Origin: Adineta vaga
Taxonomy: Eukaryota
Assembly (NCBI GenBank): GCA_000513175.1
Contig: HG381679.1
Location: 3,892-20,888 of the forward strand
Direction: 5' to 3'
DNA length: 16,997 nt
Shown here: positions 1-10,454 of the stretch, in pieces
Numbering within the stretch: position 1 is the first letter of the stretch
Layout of the letters: each line of letters opens with the position of its first letter
Notes under the pieces: model-generated
Database searches by the model: none
Told to the model about the DNA's origin: nothing
What the model saw: the letters and a program-made list of their open reading frames with translations, nothing else
Translations under genes and position numbers: made by a program

Positions 1-517
1 AACTGATTATTATGCTATTTACTGTAATAGCAGTATTGCCATTGTGATTTGCTTATACAATGATACTTTTCATCCTGAATTACATCAAGAAAATCTGATA
101 AAATGTGTATATCCGACGGTAACTAACGACTATTTATATGTGCTCAAAATTCTTTTACTATCAACAACTGATTATATTTTGGTAATTGAAACTCGCCAAA
201 TAAAAATGATAGGATCATTTACAGTTTCTATCATTAGTGATCATCCTGCAACTTTGTCAAAAACTGTTTACTAGGCCTTTGGGCGTTAGAGTTTTTTTTT
301 TGAAAAGTATCATATAAAATTTTTGCAATATAACGCTTCTTAATTCATGGATAATAAAAGACGTTAGAGAACTGTCGTTGTATTCAAGATGCAGTGTCTC
401 AGTATTCTCATCGAAACTACGTATTTATAATTCATTAAAAAATAAATTTGATTGACTAATAAAGATTACAAGCAAATAAAAAATCGGTAAAATGTCGTTG
501 TGTATGTAATATCTGGA

Positions 518-537
518 GTGTGTGTGTGGGTGTGAGG
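518..537 (+). repeat. short G-rich telomere-like tract (GTGTGTGTGTGGGTGTGAGG)
   Basis: Read directly; same TGTGGG-like composition as the longer tracts in this window. Confidence 0.35.
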
Positions 538-780
538 CTAGCAGCTACAACCTAGATTTTACTTCAGCGAAGGAGATCATCAGATAGTTTAGTTGAATTG
601 ATAATGATCACGTATGATCAAAATCAAAATCCAAAACTACGTAGTTACATATTTTTATATAATTAATTTAGTTTTAAAGAAAATCAAATAAATTAATATG
701 TAATATTAATTACATGACCTAGTGGATAAGGGTGTGAGATGTGTTGAGCAGCCATCTTGAGGGTGTCGGTTAAGAGTATA

Positions 781-801
781 GGGTGACCCACACCCACACC
801 C
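781..801. repeat. short telomere-like tract with strand switch (GGGTGA/CCCACACCCACACCC)
   Basis: GGGTG immediately followed by CCCACACCCACACCC. Confidence 0.5.
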
Positions 802-1839
802 TATTTATAATCAAGAATAATTTAATCTTAAGGTTGATTTGGTATCTTTCTTGATGAAATCTTTTTATTATGTATTTATTGTTATTTATTTATTTACGTA
901 TTTACAATTAAACATTTTTGAGAATGTGGATGTGATGTGACTTAAGGGACGATAAACCCACACCCTCAAGAGTGGAATCAGAAAGAAAACAAAAAAGAAC
1001 GAAGACACTACAGATGGATGATACGATAGTTATATCATCAGGCAGTGTACCTATGAGAGCAGTGGTGGCTGACATCGTATTAGGTGTAGATATTGCTATC
1101 AATGTAGTGCATAAAAATAAATGACACAGAGGAAAATATTTTAGATTAAAAATAAACCGATAATGGCAGCATTAGTAGAAACAAAGTCGATGAGAAAATG
1201 TATAAACTATGTGGAAAGAGAAGTGATGCTTATCCGTTTGTTTTTAGTTATTATAATGATGGTTTTTTTTCTCGGTTGGATTGTCACGTTTCATCATTTT
1301 TGGATTAAAAAATTGTTTGCTAAAGCGAGATTCTCTTAGTTTGTGTCCTCAACGATATGAAAAATCATGTGAACAAAATAGTTTTTATTCTAATTTCCTA
1401 TTTTATTTCATACGACTATTATTATTTTTGTCGAAGAAAGTGAAACAAGTGAATTATTATTTTATGCAAAAAAGTGTCTCCTGATTTGTTTGTTACATTT
1501 GATTATACATAATACTGTATAAATCATTCGAAAAGATTATATCAAAAACTGAAAGACAAGAAACCATCGTTAGGTAGTATCGTTTGTAACTATACAACAT
1601 CGTTTATAACTAATGAATGTAAGTGTGTGTGATAAATAGATATAATATCCACAGTCATCCTCAAGATGGTTATTTTACTTCATTTTTCTGTTAAAAAAAA
1701 ATTTTCTTAAAAATAATTCATTTCTGTTCTACTTATATGGTAAGGAATATCTGGGACCATTTGTTATATTTTAACCTTATTTCTTACTGCCATTAATTAT
1801 ATATTTTTCTTTTTGGCTTTGTTTTTCTCTCACTTGCAA

Positions 1840-1871
1840 TTATATATATATATAATAATAATAATAATAAC
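1840..1871. repeat. (TA)n/(TAA)n simple repeat
   Basis: tatatatatataataataataataataa read directly. Confidence 0.9.
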
Positions 1872-2167
1872 GTCCCATAGGCTATTCGCCCGTTGGGGCC
1901 GGCCGCGGTTATTATTAGTATTTTTTCCACATGCAGCCGGGTTCTATCGTCTTTTCTTTTTACGGACGGCGGTATCTGCACCCTCTTCCGTCCAACATAA
2001 TGACTAAGCGTGTAGTCAGTATGGATGACTCATGTGGAATGAGTCATTTAGACAACTTAGCCGTTAGTGACTTGTCCAGGGTCATTCCATGGGTGACGTT
2101 ACTGAGGTTTGAACACAGTACCATGTAGTCACGTGTCGGACACGTAACCACTCATCCATGGCGGCTT

Positions 2168-2190
2168 CATATATATATATATATTATATC
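2168..2190. repeat. (AT)n simple repeat
   Basis: catatatatatatatattatatc read directly. Confidence 0.85.
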
Positions 2191-2478
2191 ATACGGTTAT
2201 CTTTTTCAACGTATTTTTCTCGCTCCAAAAGAAATTGACAGGATACATAAAAAACATTAATGTTAGTGTTGAAATGAAAAGAGTCATTATCGAAATCTAA
2301 TTTTTTGCACATTACATTGGAGGGATCAATCAGAAATTTTTATTCATAGTTCACTTAGAATGAGATAGTTATAATACAAACAGAAATGTTCTTAAACAAA
2401 AGCAGGACATGCAGCAGTTCTGGTTATTCATCTGAAATTTGTTTACAATTATTTGGAAGCATGTTAGTTTAATGATAT

Positions 2479-2520
2479 GGGGTGTGGGTGGGTGTGGGTG
2501 AGGATGTGGTTGTAGGTGTT
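2479..2520 (+). repeat. G-rich telomere-like tract (GGGGTGTGGGTGGGTGTGGGTGAGGATGTGG...)
   Basis: Imperfect TGTGGG/TGGG repeats on + strand; degenerates toward 2520. Confidence 0.85.
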
Positions 2521-2532
2521 AGATGCGTATAG

Positions 2533-2600
2533 CACCCACACCCACACCCTCACCCACACCCACACCCACACCCACCCACACCCACCCACCCACACCCTCA
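2533..2600 (-). repeat. C-rich telomere-like tract (CACCCACACCCACACCCTCACCCACACC...)
   Basis: 68 nt of CCCACA/CCCA/CCCTCA repeats on + strand, i.e. TGTGGG on - strand. Confidence 0.9.
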
Positions 2601-2973
2601 AGATGAATCGTATCAAGGATCAAATGGATATCGTATTTTCGAATTAATATGTCAAATCAAATAAAAACATGATGTGAAGGGTGTGAATGAGGAAATTTCA
2701 ATGTATTTTGTAGCAACTACTTACTTAACCACTCCTCATATACCTTTATTTGACACGCCCTCATCCTTCTTTTATTTAACTAATTGTATCAGAGAAATCT
2801 TTTGTTTCAAATATATTATTTGAACTTTTTCATACATGCTTCACAATAAACTAAATTACAAATAACGTTTGTCGTGCGACTCACTTAACCCTCGACTGTG
2901 GGAGGCAGAAATATGTTTTTGCATAGATGAATGCGGGCAGAATTGATCTAGTAACTTCAAACAAAGAAGCAAA

Positions 2974-3380
2974 TCAAGTCGGTTGACTCAGTTAGATGTG
3001 GAGCAATATCAAACTTTACATCGAAAATTATTATATTTGCCTACACGACGTGAAAACAAACATCAACGACAGTTAACAGATCAAACTACAGTAGTGAAGA
3101 GTTAGTTGCAAATAATGATGTGGTAACAAAGAAGCAATGGGATAGGAAGATCTTAATGTTACCGCATACATTCGGAAGTGGTCCATCGAAGGATTTCAAT
3201 CGACAATTTCGGCAATTATGGACGAAATATTATGGGTACAACGGATCAGTTGTCAAAGATGTACGTGTCATGATAACAGCATTGACAAATCCATCTTTGA
3301 ATGATCTGTTTGTTCGAAAGAAACCTTCGGCATCATTATTGACCAGAATGGAAGCAACAGACGTTGAACAGTTGATCTGA
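2974..3380 (+). pseudogene. C-terminal remnant of a second Penelope-like (Athena-type) reverse transcriptase, 5'-truncated and frameshifted
   Basis: Translations SSRLTQLDVEQYQTLHRKLLYLPTRRENKHQRQLTD (frame of 2983) and KKQWDRKILMLPHTFGSGPSKDFNRQFRQLWTKYYGYNGSVVKDVRVMITALTNPSLNDLFVRKKPSASLLTRM (frame of 3120) line up collinearly with LEQLDTDIYQRLHHEVLHKPSRREKQLNTSIKD and KKPWNKSIMYVKYKYDSALTTHFPKQFNQWWNKHFKYGPNDLNNARILLIGNTNRTLEQYLIHKKPSKEILTKI of the RT at 10558-12371. Frame A stops at TAG 3103-3105; homology continues in another frame. Confidence 0.75.
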
Positions 3381-3556
3381 AGTAGTGTTTTCATTTCTTT
3401 TCATTATTGTATGTGTTCGTTTTTGTCTGATCATTTGTTACTTGTCAGACTTAAATAAGGTTGCATGACGTACTCTTGTATTGATGTAGAGCATAGAGAT
3501 ATATTGTATTTTTGCTTTATACTTTAGATTTAAGTATAAATATTTACTCGTCAGAT

Positions 3557-4189
3557 ATGCCTAGCCGCAAGAAGTCAGTCGAGCACAAACCATTGGTCAA
3601 ACGGCTTCTCGATGGTCTTATGCCATCAAGAGCAGCAAGAAGACGGCCTATAATCAGAAGACTATCTGATGAAGCCGTCACTCGGTCTTCTTCTAGTTTA
3701 AAACGCCATGAAGAAGTACCACAGAAGGTATCAACATCACCCGAACCAAGCTTGCTTGAGGGTCAAAGACCGTCAAGCAGCAGACCTGATGGTGAAAAAC
3801 GAGAAGTACCAGTGGTAAGGATAGCTTTGAATGAACATAAATTTGGTAATCGAACTTGTTTGATACTATTTTTATCTTATAGGAAACTCCATTGGTGTCG
3901 GCTAATAGCCAATTCTTTTATTCACCAATGTATCGGCGATACTTTGTATTAACACCTCCAAATCCGAGATTAAATAATCCTCGGTTATTGGAGGATTACA
4001 TTGATTGGTATATCAATGTTTATATGGAAGAATTCTTATGAGAAATATAAAATATTGAACTATTTCTGTATTAAATAGGTCGATGTTGGTAATCCAGCAG
4101 AACGTAGACAACGAGATGAAGATGAAGCAAAAGAAGAAGCCAAAACGGTCGGCGTCGCTTCATCGACATCGACATCGACAAGCAAGTAG
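3557..4189 (+). CDS. uncharacterised basic/Ser-rich protein, three proposed exons 3557-3814, 3883-4035, 4079-4189
   Basis: MPSRKKSVEHKPLVKRLLDGLMPSRAARRRPIIRRL...EVPV; canonical GT-AG intron 3815-3882; exon 2 ETPLVSANSQFFYSPMYRRYFVLTPPNPRLNNPRLLEDYIDWYINVYMEEF; exon 3 VDVGNPAERRQRDEDEAKEEAKTVGVASSTSTSTSK*. Exons stay in phase. Second intron would have TT instead of GT (TTATGAG) and be only 43 nt, so the last exon is less certain. Confidence 0.5.
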
Positions 4190-4665
4190 TATTATGTCGA
4201 TTTAACACCAGAGGCAAATGATAATTCGTCGAACAAATAACTTTTTCTTTTGTCGATGAGTTTTGCTTCATTTAATAAAAAGAAAAATAAGAATAAATTC
4301 GATGACTATTTTTTATCATCTTACATCAAAGGTGAAGACAAGACTTTCAATGGCTATGCGCAGCCGACCGGTTTCGATGAGAGGTTACTATTTTGCTGTT
4401 TCTTGTACTTGTCTATTGATCCTTTGTGTATTCTTCTCTTCTTTTCTCTTGAAGATGAGGACGTTATTTTTGAATATCTCATTAGTATGAAAAATAATCT
4501 TTATTATTTGAGTAGTTGAGCACTGAGAACAGTCAGAAGACAGACACACACGCCGGTCATGGTAGTTCATGTCTGCATGTTACATCATTTCTCTCGAAGT
4601 CTTTTCTTATGAATAGACATTCAGCATTTGAGGTCGTGATGTGAAGATATGCAGACATAATCCAT

Positions 4666-4699
4666 CTGATGAGACCCTTGAACAAGGTCGAAACCGGTA
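4666..4699 (+). ncRNA. candidate hammerhead-ribozyme core (CTGATGA - GACCCTTGAACAAGGTC - GAAA - CCGG - TA)
   Basis: CTGATGA followed by a self-complementary stem II-like segment, GAAA, the short palindrome CCGG and UA. Pairing of stem I adjacent to the cleavage site is poor by eye. Confidence 0.4.
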
Positions 4700-5254
4700 G
4701 AAACTATGCAAGGAACACGATTATAGAGACTTAAGTTAGTAATGTATATCTTTGCCGAAAACGAAGACCGACAGCGTTGTGCGAATTACCGTCTCACTCA
4801 GTCGTCATAGTTGTTGTTTCTTGTATCTATACAGGATCATTCTAAAACTAACAATATTCATATATAGTATGATCAATCGGTTTCATGTGAATATTACATC
4901 CTGTTGAACACAGAGAGCTACTTGAAGAGTTCCCTGAGCGAATTCGAAATCTAACTAATACGGATGATTATAAACTTCATATTCCCAATATAAAAATATC
5001 GGACATGATTCAGACTCTACCGATCTATATCGGTGTCATCAAAGGTCTTTCAGCAAAAAAAGTCAGGTAAAACAGATAAAATGCAGCAGAAGCATACAGT
5101 CTACATTGACCAAAATGCTTCTGCTGCTTTTTTTTATCGGAGTCAGAAATATGTATCCTTGCCTAAAATTCTCTGTAACGTTTACAGTAGACTATCTGTC
5201 ATCGAAACACTATGACGAGAAACATAAACATACATTTCACTTCCATACGATTAC

Positions 5255-5473
5255 CGAAAATCAACTCAGCAATTAAAGCCAAACATAAACCCACCGAATA
5301 TCGGGAGATGTAGGTTCGATTCCTGCTTTGATTTTATGATCTTTCTTTACAAGTTATTCGTACTTGTTTAGACATATCCTTGTGGTTGCATTTTCTTTAA
5401 TTTCGAAGATATTTCCGTGGACAAAAGAAATGATTATTTTGCTTTATAACTCGTTCATTTTCTTATTTTCAAA
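5255..5473 (+). repeat. tRNA-headed unit, copy B (diverged)
   Basis: Perfect box B GGTTCGATTCC at 5313-5323; 8-nt arm complementarity AAAATCAA(5258-5265)/TTGATTTT(5328-5335); spacer aligns with 13420-13553; ends TTCTTATTTTC directly before AAACTCACCC. Confidence 0.65.
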
Positions 5474-5513
5474 CTCACCCTCACCCTCGCCCTCACACCC
5501 ACCCTCACCCTCA
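5474..5513 (-). repeat. C-rich telomere-like tract, mainly CTCACC(C) type
   Basis: ctcaccctcaccctcgccctcacacccaccctcaccctca read directly. Confidence 0.85.
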
Positions 5514-5628
5514 ATCTTAATTTCTTTTTAGCTGCATATAATAATAATCTCCATTCGTTATTAAAATTTAATAAGATATCTGATGATCTTCTTAGCAGAA
5601 GTGAAATCTAGATTATGGCAGCTAGTGT

Positions 5629-5648
5629 CACCCTCACCCCTCACTCCC
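5629..5648 (-). repeat. short C-rich telomere-like tract
   Basis: caccctcacccctcactccc read directly. Confidence 0.55.
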
Positions 5649-5744
5649 TTGGTTAATCCGACGCCACGTCCCTCAATGCTCACACGTATACCCGTATTCA
5701 ATGCAGCATCCTATTCGAGAACCAGCACAATCAACTCTATTTGT

Positions 5745-5949
5745 AGCACAGATTCATTGACGAATATCCGCAGAAAATACTCGTAAAAGTGCTCCAAAAA
5801 CCCAGCTTTTGGGTCCTAACCCCCCTTATAGGACCTACGACCCCCCCTCTCAAATGGTCTCATTCGATGCAGAATTTAATTCTGCATCCAGCACAACCCT
5901 TTCCAGAGCCAGCACAGATTCATAGCCGAATATCCACAGGAAATACTCG
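5745..5949. repeat. diverged direct repeat, about 166 bp period
   Basis: AGCACAGATTCATTGACGAATATCCGCAGAAAATACTCG (5745-5783) versus AGCACAGATTCATAGCCGAATATCCACAGGAAATACTCG (5911-5949). Confidence 0.85.
5866..5888. repeat. short inverted repeat GATGCAGAAT-TTA-ATTCTGCATC
   Basis: 10-bp perfect arms, 3-nt spacer. Confidence 0.9.
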
Positions 5950-6224
5950 AATCCGCTGCTAACTTTACTCACGTATAGAAGACCCATAGAAGAAAGAGAG
6001 AACGAGAAAGACGAAAGATCGTCCATCTATTATAATAGATGGCGATCCTGACAACTATACTATAGCGAAATTTGAAGACGAATCGTTAATGGCATGATAT
6101 TTTTTTGAACGATTAGTTGAAAACAACAATAAAAAGTACATGTTTCGTGTCATATCATCGATACAATCCGCAAGTACAATAATGCTATGATCGTGTCAAG
6201 TGTTCTGTCTCCATATACTATCCA

Positions 6225-6973
6225 TTAGTTGCCGGCGAATATATAACTACCCAGAGGATCCCGATTAAAAAGCCAAATACTAAGTGACAGGAAGAAAACT
6301 CCCATAAAAACCGATACGCCACCACAGATCAAGAAAATACGACCAAGGCGAGAAGTAGGCTGCTTCCAGCGAGCCTCCGTTGGTTGTCGTCCATCGTACC
6401 AACATGTTTCTTCGTTGTTGATCTAGGAAGTAAACAAATTGATGATATACTGATGATTACACTTACTGAAAAATCTTTCTTCATCCTTTTGTAGTATATA
6501 CTGCTGATGAGCAATATTCACGGTTCACAAACATAATTATTTCTGATGACATGAGTATACGAAAGTTAGAAATGACTTACACATTTCACTGGCCTTTTAT
6601 ATGTCTTATTTTAATCTCTGTTCTTAATGCTAATATTTACCTTATGTGTAGCTGTTTGATTCAGCGCATCCGTTGGAGATTGATATCTTTTTTCACTTTC
6701 TACAGTAGTATTCACTCGCGGTTTTATATCGAGTTGAGCTTTCCATGCGGCACTATAGCAGTTAAATGTGGTATAACGTGTTCGACATGTACGATTTCGA
6801 TAACCAACATTGAATACAAAACAAGTGCTCTGCTTGTAATTTTTTTCTTTCGAATAAGCATCTCTATAGACAAATACACCAGCAATCAGCAGACCCAGAG
6901 CTATCCCTAGGAATGTACAACCGATATAAAGTGACATGTGCGCCCTGAACTTTTTGCTGCTTTTCTGATCCAT
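6225..6973 (-). CDS. small two-transmembrane-segment protein with Cys-rich loop, split gene (exons 6641-6973 and 6225-6422; middle unresolved)
   Basis: First exon: MDQKSSKKFRAHMSLYIGCTFLGIALGLLIAGVFVYRDAYSKEKNYKQSTCFVFNVGYRNRTCRTRYTTFNCYSAAW...THK then donor AAG|GTAAAT. Last exon after CTAG acceptor: INNEETCWYDGRQPTEARWKQPTSRLGRIFLICGGVSVFMGVFFLSLSIWLFNRDPLGSYIFAGN*. I could not find a middle exon that keeps phase. Confidence 0.5.
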
Positions 6974-7686
6974 ATCGAGTAAGATGTGTAAAAAGGAAAA
7001 AGAATATCAAACTTCGTTGTTTTGTGTTACAGAACTTTGTTTTATATACGTGTTTTATTCAAACAGCCACGTGTAAAATAAAACGGTGAAATAATTGCAA
7101 CACTATTGCATGAAACGATGGAAAGCAAATAAAGAAAAAGTTTCGTCAGAAGAGAATCAGCATTATTTTTCGTTATAGAACGATCGTTCTTGATGTCAAG
7201 CAAATATTTTGTCCTTATCAAACATTTTTCGGAGTAATGCACGTCAATCGTTCGTCATGAATCACATACATATATTACTTTTGATCATACAAGGATACAA
7301 AAACACATGATGCAACAACGATATTTCATTGCTTAGAAAAAAGAAGTAGCTGTTCGACAATGAACAATTTCAAATCGATTAGTAATTTTTTCATCCTGTA
7401 GTAAACGTACTGGATGATTTTTGAGTTTAAACAAGGATTGAAATGGATTTATATATGAAAAATGAATCTTTTTTTAGGCTCTGATCATTAAGATAGGTGA
7501 ATGTAAATATAAAGATGAACACATGTGAACAAGAAATGAGAATTTCATATACTCACTCACATTCGACAAGATTGCCACCGTTCGTCTCGTTCTTTTATCT
7601 GTATTCCATTGACGATATTATGAAACAAACAAAATTTTGCTTTTATCTTTTTCTGTAAGTTATTATTGTTTGTATTATGAATATCT

Positions 7687-9517
7687 GTGAAGATGTTATT
7701 TATCATAATACTCTTGCTAAGCTATCCATTGCTCAATCGTGCAACTATAGTTCATTGTGATTTTGATGTCACCTTTAGTTTAACAAATGGTGAACATTCT
7801 CAAGAGATCGATTATGATTACACACTAATGGCAAAGAGTGGTCATTATCGTTATTTTAATCGACAATTTAGTACACTCAATCGAAGGACACAAATAACAA
7901 CAATCAGTCGTTTATAACCATTGATTGATCGTGCTATATATTTTAGTGTATGGTACTATATGCCTCATGCAAATTTGCCATTCGATATTGAAGTTGGACA
8001 AGATGATGATGGAGAACTCGTACGTGCGATATTTTCTACTGCCAGTAGAAATATATCGACAAATGATTGGAGATTCATCAATGTTACATTATGAAATGAA
8101 GAATTAAAAATATATATTCGATTGTATGTTACAACTCAATCTTTAACATTCGATGATTTTTCAGTGGATTATTTTTATGCATCACATACACCACCACCAA
8201 AAACGCTAAATTCTTGTGATTTCAAATTATCATCATCATCGTGTACAAATGATTTGGTTTCTTTATCTGAATATCTCTATCAATGGTCAATTCTGAACGC
8301 TACGGATGGCGTCAAAGTTCAAACAGGTGCTCCATCTATGGATTATACATTTCGAAATGCCTCAGGTCATTATGCATTATTACCCGGTCCTAAAAATGGT
8401 TATGTTGGTTATCTTCATCTACCAAAAACAACTTCAAATTACATCGAAAGAATCATATTGCTTAAATTTTCAGTATTATGAAACGGAACGAGTGAATCGA
8501 ATGTCGTTCGTGGTTGTCAGATGATCGAACTCTCTCCCAAGATCGAATCCTAACACTCGCACTATTTTACTTGAATTGTAGATATACAACGAATGACTGG
8601 TAAGTATCTGAAATAAGTTTGAATGACGCTATTGTACGACTATGACGTCGTAGTTGATTACAAAAAAAGGAATGTTTTCACATCTTTGAACCGATCTAAT
8701 TCTTTTCTACATTAGGACTTGGGATGTCATCAATCTCCCCACGGGTAATTGTACACCATTGTTTCGTGTATTTAATGGAGATCAATATATAAGTACATTT
8801 GCCATTGATAATATTGCTATTATGTCATGTGATTATCCTTCTTTTCAACCTACATCATACAAGACTCTACTTATGTTTTCATGCGATTTCGATCAGTCCG
8901 ATATGTGTAGTATGACGAACACTGGTCCAATGTTGAAGCCTACTTTTAATTTCATGCTTTCAACCGGTGAGACCATACCAAATAAAGATCTTGGATCAGT
9001 ATAAGATCAAACACATAATTCAACATTGGGTGGTTTTCTCTATTGGAATCGACAATTACCACTTACTTTACAAGATTCTGGTAGAATAATGATATCGAAA
9101 ACTCTTGTAGGTGATTCGGGTCTGTGTCTTCATTATGCATTTTATGTAAAATCAAAGTCGATTAACAAAAATACACCGACGATCATCGTATCCTATTGAC
9201 CCTATTCGAATAATTTATGGACAAAATCCTTAGACGATAGTCAAGGATGGCAGTTGGTCTTGGTTAATTTCTACTATAGTCTTGATGAGAAAATATTCTA
9301 TCTTTATGTCAATCAATCGACATCAATTCCAGTATCGATCGTTTTTGATGATATTAAAATTGATTTGTGTAACCGTTTATCACCTACAACAATATCAACA
9401 TCTAGTAGCAGTAGCGCATCCTCAAGTACAAAAAAATTACCTAGCACTTCAACGAATTTTGTTACAACGGCTCCTAGTCACATGTGGCTGATTTATATCA
9501 TATCATGGATACAGTGA
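7687..9517 (+). pseudogene. degraded MAM-domain-like secreted/surface protein gene
   Basis: Signal-like N-terminus MKMLFIIILLLSYPLLNRA, then repeated CDFD... blocks, WDVINLPTGNCTPLFRVFNGDQYISTFAIDNIAIMSC, and a Ser/Thr-rich tail. Reading frame continues through TAA at 7915-7917 and a TGA just before 8122, and is interrupted again after 8481 and 9004. Confidence 0.5.
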
Positions 9518-10454
9518 AATAATAACGTATTTGTTCTTTATCATTTTTTACAAGCGTTTGTATTAACGTATATAATCGTTTGTAACGTGCTAGTTTCATC
9601 TGTTGGGATTGAATATGAGAATGAATGATGTCATAAAAAAAGAGTCAGTCTGAGCATATCAATCGATTGTTCAACCATATCGTACTCACCAGCAGAACAG
9701 TACAAGAATATCATAAAAGAAATAAAAGGTCATACAGTAGGAAACCAGCTTGACCATGACTTTAAGACAATTAATATTCGGCAGAGTTACCGAAGATTAA
9801 GAGTTATGAATTTTGTACAAATTCGTTTTGCATCAATAGTAGGAGGAAAACTCGCTTCCTTTGAATGCATTCATTGTAATGGCTCAATATCCAATATGCG
9901 TTAAATTTCAATATTTAGGATCGTTTTTACACTGCTGCTCTGGCTTGAGCTAGCATTCATCTCATGGTAGTTACTTCACATTGGATTAACACTTTCGATA
10001 GGAAGCCGAAAATCAAGTATCGTACCTATAACAATACTAGTACTACAGTTATACAACTTTAGTGGGCTATTTCTTCAAACAATGTGAACATCTATAAAGA
10101 TATTCTCATCATGGATATGTAAACCATTGAAAAAACGTTTTCTACTAGAACGTCCATATGGCTTGATCCATTCCTTCTCATCTGCCAGTGAAACCTGTTT
10201 TTGAAGACTTGTCGCACCCGCACACACCTTACTCTTTGGAAGCTCCATGGTGGAGGTCAGTTGATGATACAGCTTGTTTATTATATATATAGGATGAAAA
10301 ATCTTTATGACTAGCGCGATCCAATGCTAACAGCATCTGTGATAAACAAGTCTTTCATAGAGATCAATATTCTTGTTTCTTGATTAAGAAATCTTTATGG
10401 ATTGATCAACGTCATGGGACATTTTATATAAATAGGCTTAACCCTTTGAGTCCT

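Noticed and set aside
44-2128. Short ORFs on both strands (44-274, 908-1102, 1281-1484, 1793-1981, 1813-2007, 1931-2128)
   Set aside because: Low-complexity or simple-repeat translations with no recognisable domain; length is expected by chance.
2168-2600. CRISPR array or satellite interpretation of the repeats
   Set aside because: No regular repeat-spacer structure; units are 5-7 nt telomere-like or dinucleotide repeats in a eukaryotic context.
4365-4390. Second hammerhead on the minus strand (reverse complement has CATCGAAACCGGTC)
   Set aside because: GAAACCGGUC is present, but no CUGAUGA at a suitable distance.
4250-4570. Overlapping ORFs 4250-4519, 4263-4490 and 4388-4570 (minus)
   Set aside because: Three overlapping frames with Lys/Phe/Leu-rich, non-domain-like sequence; no splice or homology support.
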